DNA of 63,872 nt, counting the filler, from Acidimicrobiia bacterium (GTDB lineage Bacteria; Actinomycetota; Acidimicrobiia; Spongiisociales; SHLN01): NCBI GenBank assembly GCA_041619515.1. It is 3 parts of 3 records of this genome, joined end to end, with 100 filler letters (N's around TTAATTAATTAA, not from the genome) between each part and the next. Parts side by side here need not be neighbours in the genome. Positions count along the whole stretch, not along the records: positions 25,791 to 51,014 come from JBFKDW010000042.1; 2 more parts are not named here. One strand, written 5' to 3'. Each line of letters begins with the position of its first letter. Within the stretch, counting starts at the first letter, position 1. A model generated the notes under the pieces. The model ran no database searches. It was given only the letters and a program-made list of their open reading frames with translations, and was not told the origin of the DNA. A program made the translations under genes and the position numbers. Below are positions 29,445-38,731 of the stretch, in pieces.

Positions 29445-29592
29445 GACGCTCCTAGGTCGGCACTAGACAGGCGGCGCGCGTTTGGGTTGCTGTTTTTGAG
29501 TATACGATCTATTTTGAGCAACCGTTCCAATTCTGTCGGGTTTTCGGCAGGGTTGGTGACCGGGAGCCCACCCCGGGCTACATTTCCCCCCC

Positions 29593-30141
29593 ATGGCCCG
29601 ATACCTGCCCGGTCTGCAAACCCGGGACCGCATACTCGAATCAACCCGCTGGTTGCTGGCGCGAGTGGGCCTGGATGGCACCACGCTCTCGGCCATCCTC
29701 GATCGCGCCAAGGTGCGCTCAGGAAGCTTCTACAACCTGTTCGAATCCAAGGACGAGGTGATCCTGACGGTGATCCGCGAGGCGATCAACGCAGTCGATC
29801 CGCACCCGGACGGGGTGGGAAAGGACACGGTGGAGGAGCTGGTCGAGGCGTACATCGAGTTCATCACCGGGCAGCCCACGCTGGCGAAGATATACCTCCA
29901 GACCGCCGTCGCCGGGGCGTTGAACGACGAAGCACTCGCCCACCGGGTGCTCAGCCACCACGAGACCCGGGTCTCGCGGCTGGCCGACGCCATCAGACGG
30001 GAGACCCGTACGACGAAGGCCCGATCGCGGTTGGAAGCCGAGCTTCTGCTTGCCGGCCTCAATGGGCTGGCGTTCCACTGGCTGCTCGATCCCGGCTTCG
30101 ACATGGCGGCTCGTGCTCGCGATCTCGTGGCCGGGCGTTAG
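29593..30141 (+). CDS. TetR/AcrR family transcriptional regulator
   Basis: TRDRIL....L....G..GTT...I...A.V..GSFYN.F.SKDE. Confidence 0.9.
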   Translation: MARYLPGLQTRDRILESTRWLLARVGLDGTTLSAILDRAKVRSGSFYNLFESKDEVILTVIREAINAVDPHPDGVGKDTVEELVEAYIEFITGQPTLAKIYLQTAVAGALNDEALAHRVLSHHETRVSRLADAIRRETRTTKARSRLEAELLLAGLNGLAFHWLLDPGFDMAARARDLVAGR

Positions 30142-30734
30142 GAGGGCATGAGCCGCGCGGCCGCGGCTCTGGCATCGGCGGGTGTGTTGACGTCGATCGG
30201 CCGCAGCCGGTCGATTTCGAGCCTATCGACGGTGTCGTCATCCCGCTCGATGAGCTGCCAGAGCAGCCGATCACCCTCCCGGGTGAGCATGGCGCTCAAC
30301 GCACTCATCGAAACGAGAATCGGATGACCGATTCCGTCGCGATACCGGACCACCGAGGCCCGATGCGGCCGGGTCGCCCACGAGACGATGAGGGTGTCGA
30401 TGATGGCTGCAGTCACCTCCGGCTGGTCGCCGACGAGCTTCATGACGGCGTCGGCCGGCTCGGCGGCGGCGACTCCGGCTCGCAGAGAGGACATCGTGCC
30501 GCGGGCCGGGTCCGGGTTGAGTGCCCAGGATGCGCGTTTCAGTTGGATCTCGTCCTGGATTCCCTCCCCGGCAGGTCCCACCACGACGACGACCTCGTCG
30601 AGCTTCGAGGCTTCGGCGGCGTCCACCACCCATTGCAGCATCGGCCGGCCGCCGATGGTCAGCAGCTGCTTCGGTTCGCCCATCCTGGTCGAGGAACCGG
30701 CCGCCACGATCACGCCGGCGATGCGCGGGGTCAC
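30138..30734 (-). CDS. Molybdenum cofactor cytidylyltransferase (MocA/PucB-like)
   Basis: VAAGSSTRMGEPKQLL, G..SSLRAG, GDQP, GHP, DVNTP.D; GTG overlaps the xdh large-subunit stop. Confidence 0.88.
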   Translation of the reverse strand: MTPRIAGVIVAAGSSTRMGEPKQLLTIGGRPMLQWVVDAAEASKLDEVVVVVGPAGEGIQDEIQLKRASWALNPDPARGTMSSLRAGVAAAEPADAVMKLVGDQPEVTAAIIDTLIVSWATRPHRASVVRYRDGIGHPILVSMSALSAMLTREGDRLLWQLIERDDDTVDRLEIDRLRPIDVNTPADARAAAARLMPS

Positions 30735-32950
30735 GTCCCGGTGATGTCCTGAGGTCTGATCGGGACCCGATTGAGCTCGAGCCCGGTGGCATCCCGGATG
30801 GCGGCCGCCACCGCCGGTGTCGAGCTGATCGTCGGAGGCTCGCCGATTCCCTTGGCACCAAACGGCCCCCATGGGCTGGGCTCCTCGATCAGCACCATCT
30901 CCACATCGGGGGCATCGAGGAACGTCGGCAGCAGGTAGTCGGTGAAGCTGGCATTGCGAATGATCCCGCGCTCGACGATGAGCTCTTCCATCACCGCCAG
31001 GCCGACCCCCTGAAGGATGCCCCCCTCGATCTGCCCGCGCACCGATTGGGGATTCAGTGCCAGGCCGATGTCCTGCGCGGTGTCGACCTGGACAACGCGG
31101 ACCAGGCCCAGCTCGGCATCCACGTCTACGACCGCCCGGTGGGCGGCAACCGCGAAGTCGGCGTGAAGCACGCCCTGCCCGTTCGCGTCGGGCTCCTCGG
31201 TAGGCGGGTGGCGGAACCTGGCGTGATGTGCGATCGGGCCATCAGCGCACAGCTCATCCATCGACATCACCAGCTCCCCGGCCAGCCACACCCCTTCCGA
31301 TGTCAGGTCGTCTCCACCGCCTCTCTCCAGTGCCTTTTCTCGCACGGCCCGGGCAGCTTCCAGCACCGCTCCCCCCGTCATCTGGGTCTGGCGGGAGGCC
31401 GAGGTCGAGCCGGCGGAACCGATCTCGCTGGTATCGGTGGGAATGACCGCCACCTGCTCGACACCGAGGGCGGTCCGGGCAATCTGCTGAAGCACCGTCA
31501 CCATGCCTTGCCCGACTTCGACTGCGGCGGTGTGCACTTCGACACCTCCCGGTGCCAGCACCACTCTCGCCTCGGAAAAATCGTCGAATGCTTCGGAGAA
31601 GGCGATGTTCTTGATGCTCACCGCGTACCCGACCCCGCGGGTGACGTACTCGGGAGTGGTGGTCAGCCCCGTCCCACCCGGGAGCCGCAGCGGGTCGGCG
31701 GTGTCCAGGGCGGGAGGCATCGGGAGGGCGGCGACCTGCTCGATGACGTCAACGGTGGGAAGCGGCGTCTCGATGATCTGGCCGGTCGTGGACATCGGGT
31801 CACCGGTGGCGAGGGCGTTGTGCTTGCGCAGCTCGAGGGGATCCATGCCCAGAGCCGCCGCCAGGCGGTCCATCTGCGATTCGTGTGCGAAGCACGCCTG
31901 CACCACGCCGAAGCCGCGCATGGCACCGGCGGGCGGGTTGTTCGTGCGAACCCCGTACGCGTCCACCAGCACCGAATCCACCCGATAGGGACCGACTGCG
32001 AAATAGGCGGCGTTGCCCACGACCGCCGGGGTCGTGTCCATGTAGGCGCCGCCGTCGAGGATCATCTTCGCCTCCACCCGCACGAGGGTCCCATCGTCCC
32101 GAGCGATGTGCCGGTACCACAAGCGAGCCGGGTGGCGATGCACATGACCGGGGAAGCTCTCCTCCCGGTTGTAAACCATCTTGACCGGCCGACCGGTCCG
32201 CAGCGCCAGCAAGCACACATGGATGTGAAGCGACATGTCTTCTCGTGCCCCGAACGCCCCCCCGATACCGGCCGGGTGCTGGCGAACCTGGCCGGGGGCG
32301 AGGTTCAGGCTGCGCCAGATCTGGTCGTGGTCCTCGTGGGTCCACTGGCTGGTCACCCACAGGTCCACTCCCCCCTCCCCATCGGGAATGGCCAAGCCGG
32401 CCTCGGTCCCGAGCGGAGCCTGATCCTGCATGCCGATCTCGTAGAAGCCCTCCACCACGACCGGGCCGGTCGCCTCCTGGTCGCCGCGGCGCACCGGGGC
32501 GTATCGGAACACCTCGTCGTTTGCGAGGGCCTCCTCCATGTCGACCTGCGGCTCGAGCTCCTCCCATTCGACGTCGATGGCGGCTACCGCCAGCCGAGCG
32601 GTTTCGGGGTCGTCGGCAGCCACCACCGCCGCCGGTTCGCCCCAAAACCGTGCCTCACCGTCCACCAGCACCGGCTGGTCGGGTGTTATCTGCCCAAACG
32701 TCTTGCGGCCGGGCACATCGTCCTGAGTGAGGACGGCGTGGACGCCGGGGATGGCCAGGGCGGGAGCGGTGTCGAGACGGGCCAGCCGGGCCCTGGCAAA
32801 GGGGCTCCTCAAGGTGGCCCCCCACAGCATGCCGTCGGCGGTGAGGTCCGACGCGTAGGCGAAGTTGCCGGTCAGCTTGGGAATCCCATCGGGCCGCTTC
32901 ACCGACTCGCCGATTCCGCCGCGTATCCGGGTCCCGGTCGTGGTCGTCAT
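30731..32950 (-). CDS. Xanthine dehydrogenase family molybdopterin-binding subunit (PucD-like)
   Basis: RPDG.PK.TG.F.Y, GGAFG.RED, GAMRGFG, SASRQT, GQIEGG, GAKGIGE (catalytic Glu). Confidence 0.93.
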   Translation of the reverse strand: MTTTTGTRIRGGIGESVKRPDGIPKLTGNFAYASDLTADGMLWGATLRSPFARARLARLDTAPALAIPGVHAVLTQDDVPGRKTFGQITPDQPVLVDGEARFWGEPAAVVAADDPETARLAVAAIDVEWEELEPQVDMEEALANDEVFRYAPVRRGDQEATGPVVVEGFYEIGMQDQAPLGTEAGLAIPDGEGGVDLWVTSQWTHEDHDQIWRSLNLAPGQVRQHPAGIGGAFGAREDMSLHIHVCLLALRTGRPVKMVYNREESFPGHVHRHPARLWYRHIARDDGTLVRVEAKMILDGGAYMDTTPAVVGNAAYFAVGPYRVDSVLVDAYGVRTNNPPAGAMRGFGVVQACFAHESQMDRLAAALGMDPLELRKHNALATGDPMSTTGQIIETPLPTVDVIEQVAALPMPPALDTADPLRLPGGTGLTTTPEYVTRGVGYAVSIKNIAFSEAFDDFSEARVVLAPGGVEVHTAAVEVGQGMVTVLQQIARTALGVEQVAVIPTDTSEIGSAGSTSASRQTQMTGGAVLEAARAVREKALERGGGDDLTSEGVWLAGELVMSMDELCADGPIAHHARFRHPPTEEPDANGQGVLHADFAVAAHRAVVDVDAELGLVRVVQVDTAQDIGLALNPQSVRGQIEGGILQGVGLAVMEELIVERGIIRNASFTDYLLPTFLDAPDVEMVLIEEPSPWGPFGAKGIGEPPTISSTPAVAAAIRDATGLELNRVPIRPQDITGT

Positions 32951-33402
32951 CGTCCCGCCAGCTTCTCGAGGGAGCGCAATATCGCGCCGTACCCGGTGCA
33001 GCGGCATATGTTGCCCGACAGGGCCTCGCGGATTTCGTCTGTGCTCGGGGACGGATGGGACTCGAACAGGTGGGCGGCGGCCACGACGAACCCCGGGGTG
33101 CAGAAGCCACACTGCACACCGCCGCCATCGAGCATTGCCTGCTGGACGGCATGGAGCGTGTCCTCATTCGCCAACCCCTCGACGGTGGTGAGATCGGCCC
33201 CATCGGCATCGGCGGCCATGACCAGGCAGGAGCACACGGCTTTGCCGTCCATCACCACCGTGCACGATCCACACTCGCCCTGTTCGCAGGCGTTCTTTGA
33301 TCCGGGTAATCCGAGCCCGTCGCGCAGCAGCGACAACAGGCTTTGCGTGCCACCGGCATCCACGGCCCGGTCTTCGCCGTTGAGGCGGAAACGAATGTCC
33401 AT
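32947..33402 (-). CDS. Xanthine dehydrogenase family 2Fe-2S subunit (PucE-like)
   Basis: CEQGECGSC, QCGFCTPG, GNICRCTGY. Confidence 0.95.
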   Translation of the reverse strand: MDIRFRLNGEDRAVDAGGTQSLLSLLRDGLGLPGSKNACEQGECGSCTVVMDGKAVCSCLVMAADADGADLTTVEGLANEDTLHAVQQAMLDGGGVQCGFCTPGFVVAAAHLFESHPSPSTDEIREALSGNICRCTGYGAILRSLEKLAGR

Positions 33403-33412
33403 CAGCGGGCCA

Positions 33413-34210
33413 CTATCGGAGACACCGTTCCAGCAGGCGCCGGGCGATCACTCCCGCCGCGTGCCGACGATATTGCTCGGTCGAACGATGGTCGGTAATG
33501 GGCCGGACCTCCTCGGCGACCAGCCGCTGGAACTCAGCCAGGGCAGCCGGTGACGGGTCGGCTTCGGCCGAGATCATCTCCTCGGCACGCCGGGCCCGCA
33601 GGGTGGTGGGCCCCACCGATCCGACCGCCACGCGGGTGCGGCCGTCGTCGAAACGGACCACGCACGCCATCACCGCCGAAATGACCATGGCGTTGCGCAC
33701 CCCGACCTTGCCGAACTCCTGTCGCTCGGGAATCTCCTCGGGCAGAATTACCGAGTGAATGAGCTCGCCCGGCGCGATCGCTGTCAACTTAGGACCGGTG
33801 AGGAACTCGTCCCATGGCAGCCGGCGGGCGCCGGCAGCCGATATGAGCTCGATCTGAGCGTCGAGGGCAGCGAGAAACGGCAGGCCGTCACCGGCTGGGC
33901 TGGCAGTCCCGAGGTTGCCACCGAGCGTGCCCGCCGCCCGAATCTGGGGCGACCCGACGGTACGCGCCGCCTGCGCCAGGGCCCGGTAGGGCCCCGCCTC
34001 CAGCCTCGCCCAGGTGACACCGGCGCCTACTGCCCCGTTGAGCTCCTGGAGCTCCTCGACCCGGCGCAGGGCGATGACATGCTCAGGACGCTTGTGTCCG
34101 AAGTTGATCTCCACCATGAGGTCGGTGCCGCCCGCCAGCAGGGTGGCATCCGGCGCCTGGCGCAGCGCGTCGAGGGCGGCATCGAGATCGGTCGGTCGGT
34201 CAATGTCCAC
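33413..34210 (-). CDS. Xanthine dehydrogenase family FAD-binding subunit (PucC-like)
   Basis: LAGGTDL, VGSPQIR..GTLGGN..ASPAGD, KVG.RNA, PI.D.RST..YRR. Confidence 0.93.
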   Translation of the reverse strand: MDIDRPTDLDAALDALRQAPDATLLAGGTDLMVEINFGHKRPEHVIALRRVEELQELNGAVGAGVTWARLEAGPYRALAQAARTVGSPQIRAAGTLGGNLGTASPAGDGLPFLAALDAQIELISAAGARRLPWDEFLTGPKLTAIAPGELIHSVILPEEIPERQEFGKVGVRNAMVISAVMACVVRFDDGRTRVAVGSVGPTTLRARRAEEMISAEADPSPAALAEFQRLVAEEVRPITDHRSTEQYRRHAAGVIARRLLERCLR

Positions 34211-34347
34211 GTGGTGAAACTAGCAACCTTCGGTTTAGATTCCTCGGCCGCGGAGCGACGGCGCCGAGCTGCGGACGGCGCAGTCGACGACCCAGGCTGC
34301 CCACACGACTCCGACCGGCAAGCGGACGATGTGTCACAATCACGTTC

Positions 34348-34584
34348 ATGACTGATACCCGGCGGCTCACAAGGCCTCGTGTGACCGACCCGACCGATGA
34401 CGACGGGGACCGGATCGCCCACTACGTTCGCAAAGACGACATCGTCCGCAGCAATGTCGAGGGCGTACCGGTGGAAGCCCTGTGCGGCAAGCTGTGGATT
34501 CCCCACCGCGTGCCCGACGGCTTGCCGATTTGCTCGAAATGCCAGAAGGTCCTGGCCAGCCTGCGGGGCGGCGGCGCCAACTGA
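34348..34584 (+). CDS. DUF3039 domain protein
   Basis: HYVRK..I..S...G.PV.ALCGK.W.P...PIC..C, an actinobacterial family pattern. Confidence 0.85.
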   Translation: MTDTRRLTRPRVTDPTDDDGDRIAHYVRKDDIVRSNVEGVPVEALCGKLWIPHRVPDGLPICSKCQKVLASLRGGGAN

Positions 34585-34638
34585 CCGGTCTCGGTTCGAG
34601 CGCGATTCGGCCTAGATCTCCCCGGCGAGAGCCGGCCG

Positions 34639-36006
34639 CTATTCGACCAGGCCCGCTGCCAGACGGTTGTGCTGTTCGACGACTGGCTCCAGTTCGAGAC
34701 CGACGAGCTGCTGCCTGCGCACCACCGGTGTGCCGTGAACGTAGCTGTAGTCGACGGTCACGGGGGCACAGAAGAGGGCCGACGCCACCGGGTCGTGATG
34801 GCCACCGGCGTACTCGATGCGGTTCAGGTCGAGGGCGATGAAGTCGGCCGCCTTGCCGGCAGCGAGCGAGCCGATGTCGTCCCGGCCCAGCAGGGCAGCC
34901 CCGCCCAGGGTGGCGAGCTCGAGGGCAGCACGCGCCGTCATCAGATCAGGGCTTCTCGCGAGGTCGGGGGCGGCACCGAGCCGGGCCAACAACATTGCCT
35001 GGCGGGCTTCCGCCAGCAGATGACTGCCGTCGTTGCTGGCCGAGCCGTCGACGCCCACCCCGACGTTGACGCCCGCCGCCCGGTAGGTCAAGACCGGTGC
35101 GATCCCAGAGGCCAGCCGCATGTTCGAGGAAGGGCAGTGGGCTACTCCGGTCCCCGCTGCCCCCATGCGGGCGATCTCGGCGTCGTTCATGAACACGCCG
35201 TGGGCGAACCAGACGTCCCGGCCCATCCAATTCACCGATTCGGCGAGCTCCACGGGCCGCATTCCGAACTGGGCGAGGCAGAACGACTCCTCATCCATGG
35301 TCTCGGCCAGGTGAGTGTGCATCTGCACGCCGTGGGTGCGGGCGAGCTCGGCAGCCTCCCGCATGCCGTTGGGCGTCACGGAGAACGGTGAGCAGGGCGC
35401 GACGACGATGCGGGTGAGCGCCCCCGGCTGGGAATCATGGAATTCCTTGATCACCCGTTCCGTGTCGGTGAGGATCGCCTCTTCGCTCTCGACGACAGAA
35501 TCCGGGGGCAAGCCCCCGTCGCTCTCGCCGAGGCTCATCGAGCCGCGGGCGATGTGGAAGCGAAGGCCAACACCGGCAGCACCCTCCACCTGATCATCGA
35601 GCCGGGAACCGTTCGGGTAGAGGTAGAGATGATCGGAGGTGGTCGTGCAACCCGAAAGGGCCAGCTCGGCGAGCCCGACGGTGGTCGAGATCCGAACATG
35701 ATCGGGGGTCATGCGCGCCCAGATGGGGTAGAGAGCGGTGAGCCAGCCGAAGAGCCCGGCGTCCTGGGCGGCGGGGACGGCGCGGGTGAGCGTTTGGTAG
35801 AGATGGTGGTGGGTGTTGACCAGCCCGGGCAGCACCAGGTGTCCATCCAGGTCGAGCACATCGTCGGCCGAGTCGGGCAGGTCGGCGGTTGCTCCCACCT
35901 GCTCGATCCACCCGTCGCGGGCAAACAACCCCCCACCGGAGATTTCCCGGCGTTCGCCATCCAACGTCACCAGGACGGTGGCGTTCTTGGCAAGCAAGGT
36001 GGACAT
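34639..36006 (-). CDS. 8-oxoguanine deaminase-like amidohydrolase
   Basis: PGLVNTHHHLYQTLTR, DHLY..P, APCSPFSV, HTHLAE, HCPSSNMRLASG, GVDGSASND. Confidence 0.88.
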   Translation of the reverse strand: MSTLLAKNATVLVTLDGERREISGGGLFARDGWIEQVGATADLPDSADDVLDLDGHLVLPGLVNTHHHLYQTLTRAVPAAQDAGLFGWLTALYPIWARMTPDHVRISTTVGLAELALSGCTTTSDHLYLYPNGSRLDDQVEGAAGVGLRFHIARGSMSLGESDGGLPPDSVVESEEAILTDTERVIKEFHDSQPGALTRIVVAPCSPFSVTPNGMREAAELARTHGVQMHTHLAETMDEESFCLAQFGMRPVELAESVNWMGRDVWFAHGVFMNDAEIARMGAAGTGVAHCPSSNMRLASGIAPVLTYRAAGVNVGVGVDGSASNDGSHLLAEARQAMLLARLGAAPDLARSPDLMTARAALELATLGGAALLGRDDIGSLAAGKAADFIALDLNRIEYAGGHHDPVASALFCAPVTVDYSYVHGTPVVRRQQLVGLELEPVVEQHNRLAAGLVE

Positions 36007-36037
36007 GAGACCAACGCTACCCGGCTATAAAGCGTCT

Positions 36038-36895
36038 ATGCAGATCAACCCACCTGCCGGCTCGAGCCGCTGGCCGCCGTACCGCCACGTGTTCTTCGAC
36101 TGCGACTCGACGCTCACGACCGTCGAGGGCATCGACGTGCTGGCCGAACGAGCCGGGCTGGGCGAGGAGGTGAAGGAGCTCACGGACGCAGCCATGAACG
36201 GTGAGATGGACCTGGAGGACGTCTACGGAAAGCGGCTGGCGCAGATCCAGCCGTCACGGGAAGAGGTGCATGCGCTCCGTCAGGTCTACAAGGACAACGC
36301 CGTGGCCGACGCCGCCGCCGTCATCGCGGTCTTGCAACACCTCGGCCATCAGACCTACATCATCAGCGGCGGCCTCGAAGAGCCGGTCCGCCAGTTTGGG
36401 ATCTCGCTGGGAGTTCCCGCCGCCCACATCAGGGCTGTGGGCGTCGAGTACGACGAGCTGGTCGGCGCCTGGTGGGCGCGTCACAACGGCCCGCAGGCTC
36501 GTTATCTCGACTACGGACGCGGTGCACTGGCCCTGAGCGAGGGCAAGGCTGAGATCGTGCGAGAGCTGTTGGGCTCCCAGCCCGGTGCCAGCCTGCTGGT
36601 GGGTGACGGCACGAGCGACCTGCTTGCGGGGGAAGCGGTCGACCTCTTCGTCGGGTTCGGAGGTGTCGCGGCCCGTCCCAAGGTCGAGGCGGGCGCACCG
36701 GTCTTCATCCGGTCCGCCAACCTGGCTCCGGTCCTGCCCCTGGCGGCCGGGCCCTCGGCCTTCGCTCGTCTCGAGGAAACGTCGTACCGGGCCTTGTTCT
36801 GGGAGGGGATCGAACGGTCCCGGGATGCCACCGGCTTCAACGACGAGTCACTGGGTACCAAGTTTGCCGGCGCCGTTGCGGCCGCCGGGCTCTAA
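36038..36895 (+). CDS. HAD-IB phosphatase, probable phosphoserine phosphatase (SerB-like)
   Basis: FDCDSTL..EGID.LA, T..AMNG, IISGG, GK, VGDG.SDL; close to serA. Confidence 0.85.
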   Translation: MQINPPAGSSRWPPYRHVFFDCDSTLTTVEGIDVLAERAGLGEEVKELTDAAMNGEMDLEDVYGKRLAQIQPSREEVHALRQVYKDNAVADAAAVIAVLQHLGHQTYIISGGLEEPVRQFGISLGVPAAHIRAVGVEYDELVGAWWARHNGPQARYLDYGRGALALSEGKAEIVRELLGSQPGASLLVGDGTSDLLAGEAVDLFVGFGGVAARPKVEAGAPVFIRSANLAPVLPLAAGPSAFARLEETSYRALFWEGIERSRDATGFNDESLGTKFAGAVAAAGL

Positions 36896-36916
36896 GCACA
36901 GCGGCCGGCAGCCGGT

Positions 36917-38593
36917 TCACTCGTCGATCATCGAGGAGCGCTCCCCCGGCGGAACCGACACCCGGGCAATGCGCTTGGTGAAGTAGTAGATGCGTTTGAA
37001 CGTCGCTATCACGTCGACTTCGAGGCGGTAGTTGGCAACTCTGTCGGGGGCATCGGCGACCAGCCGCTCGGCCTGATGGGCGGCCGCAGCGCGTTCAAGG
37101 GAGTTGACGTCCCGTTTCATCTTGACGACCCGCCGGGCGGCAGCATCGTTCTTCTGAGTGAGAGCAAGCATCGCCAGATCGAGCGCCTCGACGATCTGGG
37201 CGTGGAAATCGGTGAGCACCGAGGCTGTCTGGGAGCTGACGGTGAGCCCGCGCTCGGTGCGGTGCAGCCCGAGGCCAACCAGATTGGTCTCTATGAGGTC
37301 GCCGATGGCCTCGAGGTCGTTGGTCGCCTCCATCAAACCGATCAGCTCCTCGGTCTCGCCTTCGCTGAGCCGCGTCTGGCTGATCTCACCCAGGTAGGTG
37401 ATGATCTGGCTGTGGAGGCTGTCGACCTGGTCGTCACGCTCCTCTATCTCCAGCAGGGTCCAGCGGGTTCCCTGCAGCACCGCCGGCAGGATGTCGGCGA
37501 GCATGGATCGCACCCGGTCGGCCATTCGCAGCAGCTCCAGTCGGGCACGATCGAGCGCCAGCGAAGGGGTGCGCAGCAGCGTTTTGTCGAGGTAGCGGGC
37601 ACGCACCGTGGCGGCCTCATCTTCGGGTCGGTCGGGGACCAGCCGGTCGATGAGGCGGGCGAACGCCGGAATGAAGCCGACGACGAGCAGGGCATTCGCG
37701 ATATTGAACACGGTGTGGGCATTGGCGACCTCCCGGGCAGTGTCACCGCCGATGCTCTCGACGATCGAGGCGAGAACACCGACGAAAGGAACCCAGATTG
37801 CGGCACCGCCGACGTTGAAGAGGCCGTGTGCCACGCCGGCGCGAAGTGCCTCGCGCGGCTTTCCGACCGAGGCAAGCAGAGCGGTGATCGAAGTGCCGAC
37901 GTTGGCGCCGAGCACAAGGGCGATCCCGGTCTCCAGCGTGATGAGCCCCTGCTGAGCAAGGACGATGACGATGCCGGTGGTGGCTGAGGAAGACTGGACC
38001 AGTGCCGTGAAAACAGCACCGACCGCCACCCCGAGAAAGGGATTCTCCAACCGGGCCATCAGGTCGATGAAGGTGTCGGAGGACCGCAGCGGCGACATGG
38101 CATCGCCCATCATGCTCATGCCGAAGAACACCAGGCCGAGGCCGAGGAGCACCGCCCCCTGCGCCTGGCGGTCCCCGCGTTTGGATATGAGCGTCACGGC
38201 GAACCCGGCTGCGACTGCGAAGAGCGCATAGGTGGTGATCTTGAAGGCAATGATCTGGGCGGTGACGGTCGTTCCGATGTTGGCACCGAGGATCACACCG
38301 AGGGACTGTTCGAAGCTCATCAACCCGGAGCTGATGAAACCGACCACGAGCACGGTCGTGACCGAGGATGACTGGATCACCGCGGTGATGCCGGCGCCCG
38401 TGAGCATCCCGGCAAACCGGTTCGAGGTCAGCCGCAACAGGACCCCCCGTAGCCGGTCGCCGGCGACCACTCGGAGAGACTCGGTCATCCGCTCCATGCC
38501 GAGCAGGAAGATGGCCAGTCCTCCCAGCAAACCGGCCAGGAGCAGCACGTAGTCGATGGTGGCCGCGTCGGCAGTCGATTGGAAGGGCGTCAT
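36917..38593 (-). CDS. Na/Pi cotransporter family protein with PhoU-like C-terminus
   Basis: Two QSSS repeats, GANIGTT/GANVGTS, ANAHT.FN, cytoplasmic DLE.IGD. Confidence 0.92.
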   Translation of the reverse strand: MTPFQSTADAATIDYVLLLAGLLGGLAIFLLGMERMTESLRVVAGDRLRGVLLRLTSNRFAGMLTGAGITAVIQSSSVTTVLVVGFISSGLMSFEQSLGVILGANIGTTVTAQIIAFKITTYALFAVAAGFAVTLISKRGDRQAQGAVLLGLGLVFFGMSMMGDAMSPLRSSDTFIDLMARLENPFLGVAVGAVFTALVQSSSATTGIVIVLAQQGLITLETGIALVLGANVGTSITALLASVGKPREALRAGVAHGLFNVGGAAIWVPFVGVLASIVESIGGDTAREVANAHTVFNIANALLVVGFIPAFARLIDRLVPDRPEDEAATVRARYLDKTLLRTPSLALDRARLELLRMADRVRSMLADILPAVLQGTRWTLLEIEERDDQVDSLHSQIITYLGEISQTRLSEGETEELIGLMEATNDLEAIGDLIETNLVGLGLHRTERGLTVSSQTASVLTDFHAQIVEALDLAMLALTQKNDAAARRVVKMKRDVNSLERAAAAHQAERLVADAPDRVANYRLEVDVIATFKRIYYFTKRIARVSVPPGERSSMIDE

Positions 38594-38731
38594 GCAGCCG
38601 AAGTCCGCAACGTCATCGGAGCAGGGTACCCACCCGGCTTGCTGCTCTCTGCCTCATCGGGGATGCAATGGGAACGGGGCTCCCTGCCTGGATGGGCATG
38701 CCGGCCCCGGTTGCGAGGTACCCTCCCTGCA

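Noticed and set aside
30521..33553. 1010-aa plus-strand ORF
   Set aside because: Antisense shadow of the xdh operon caused by high-GC codon bias; no recognisable motifs. The same applies to 556-2094, 8558-9784, 13507-15180, 23573-25003, 56359-58269 and 60433-61770.
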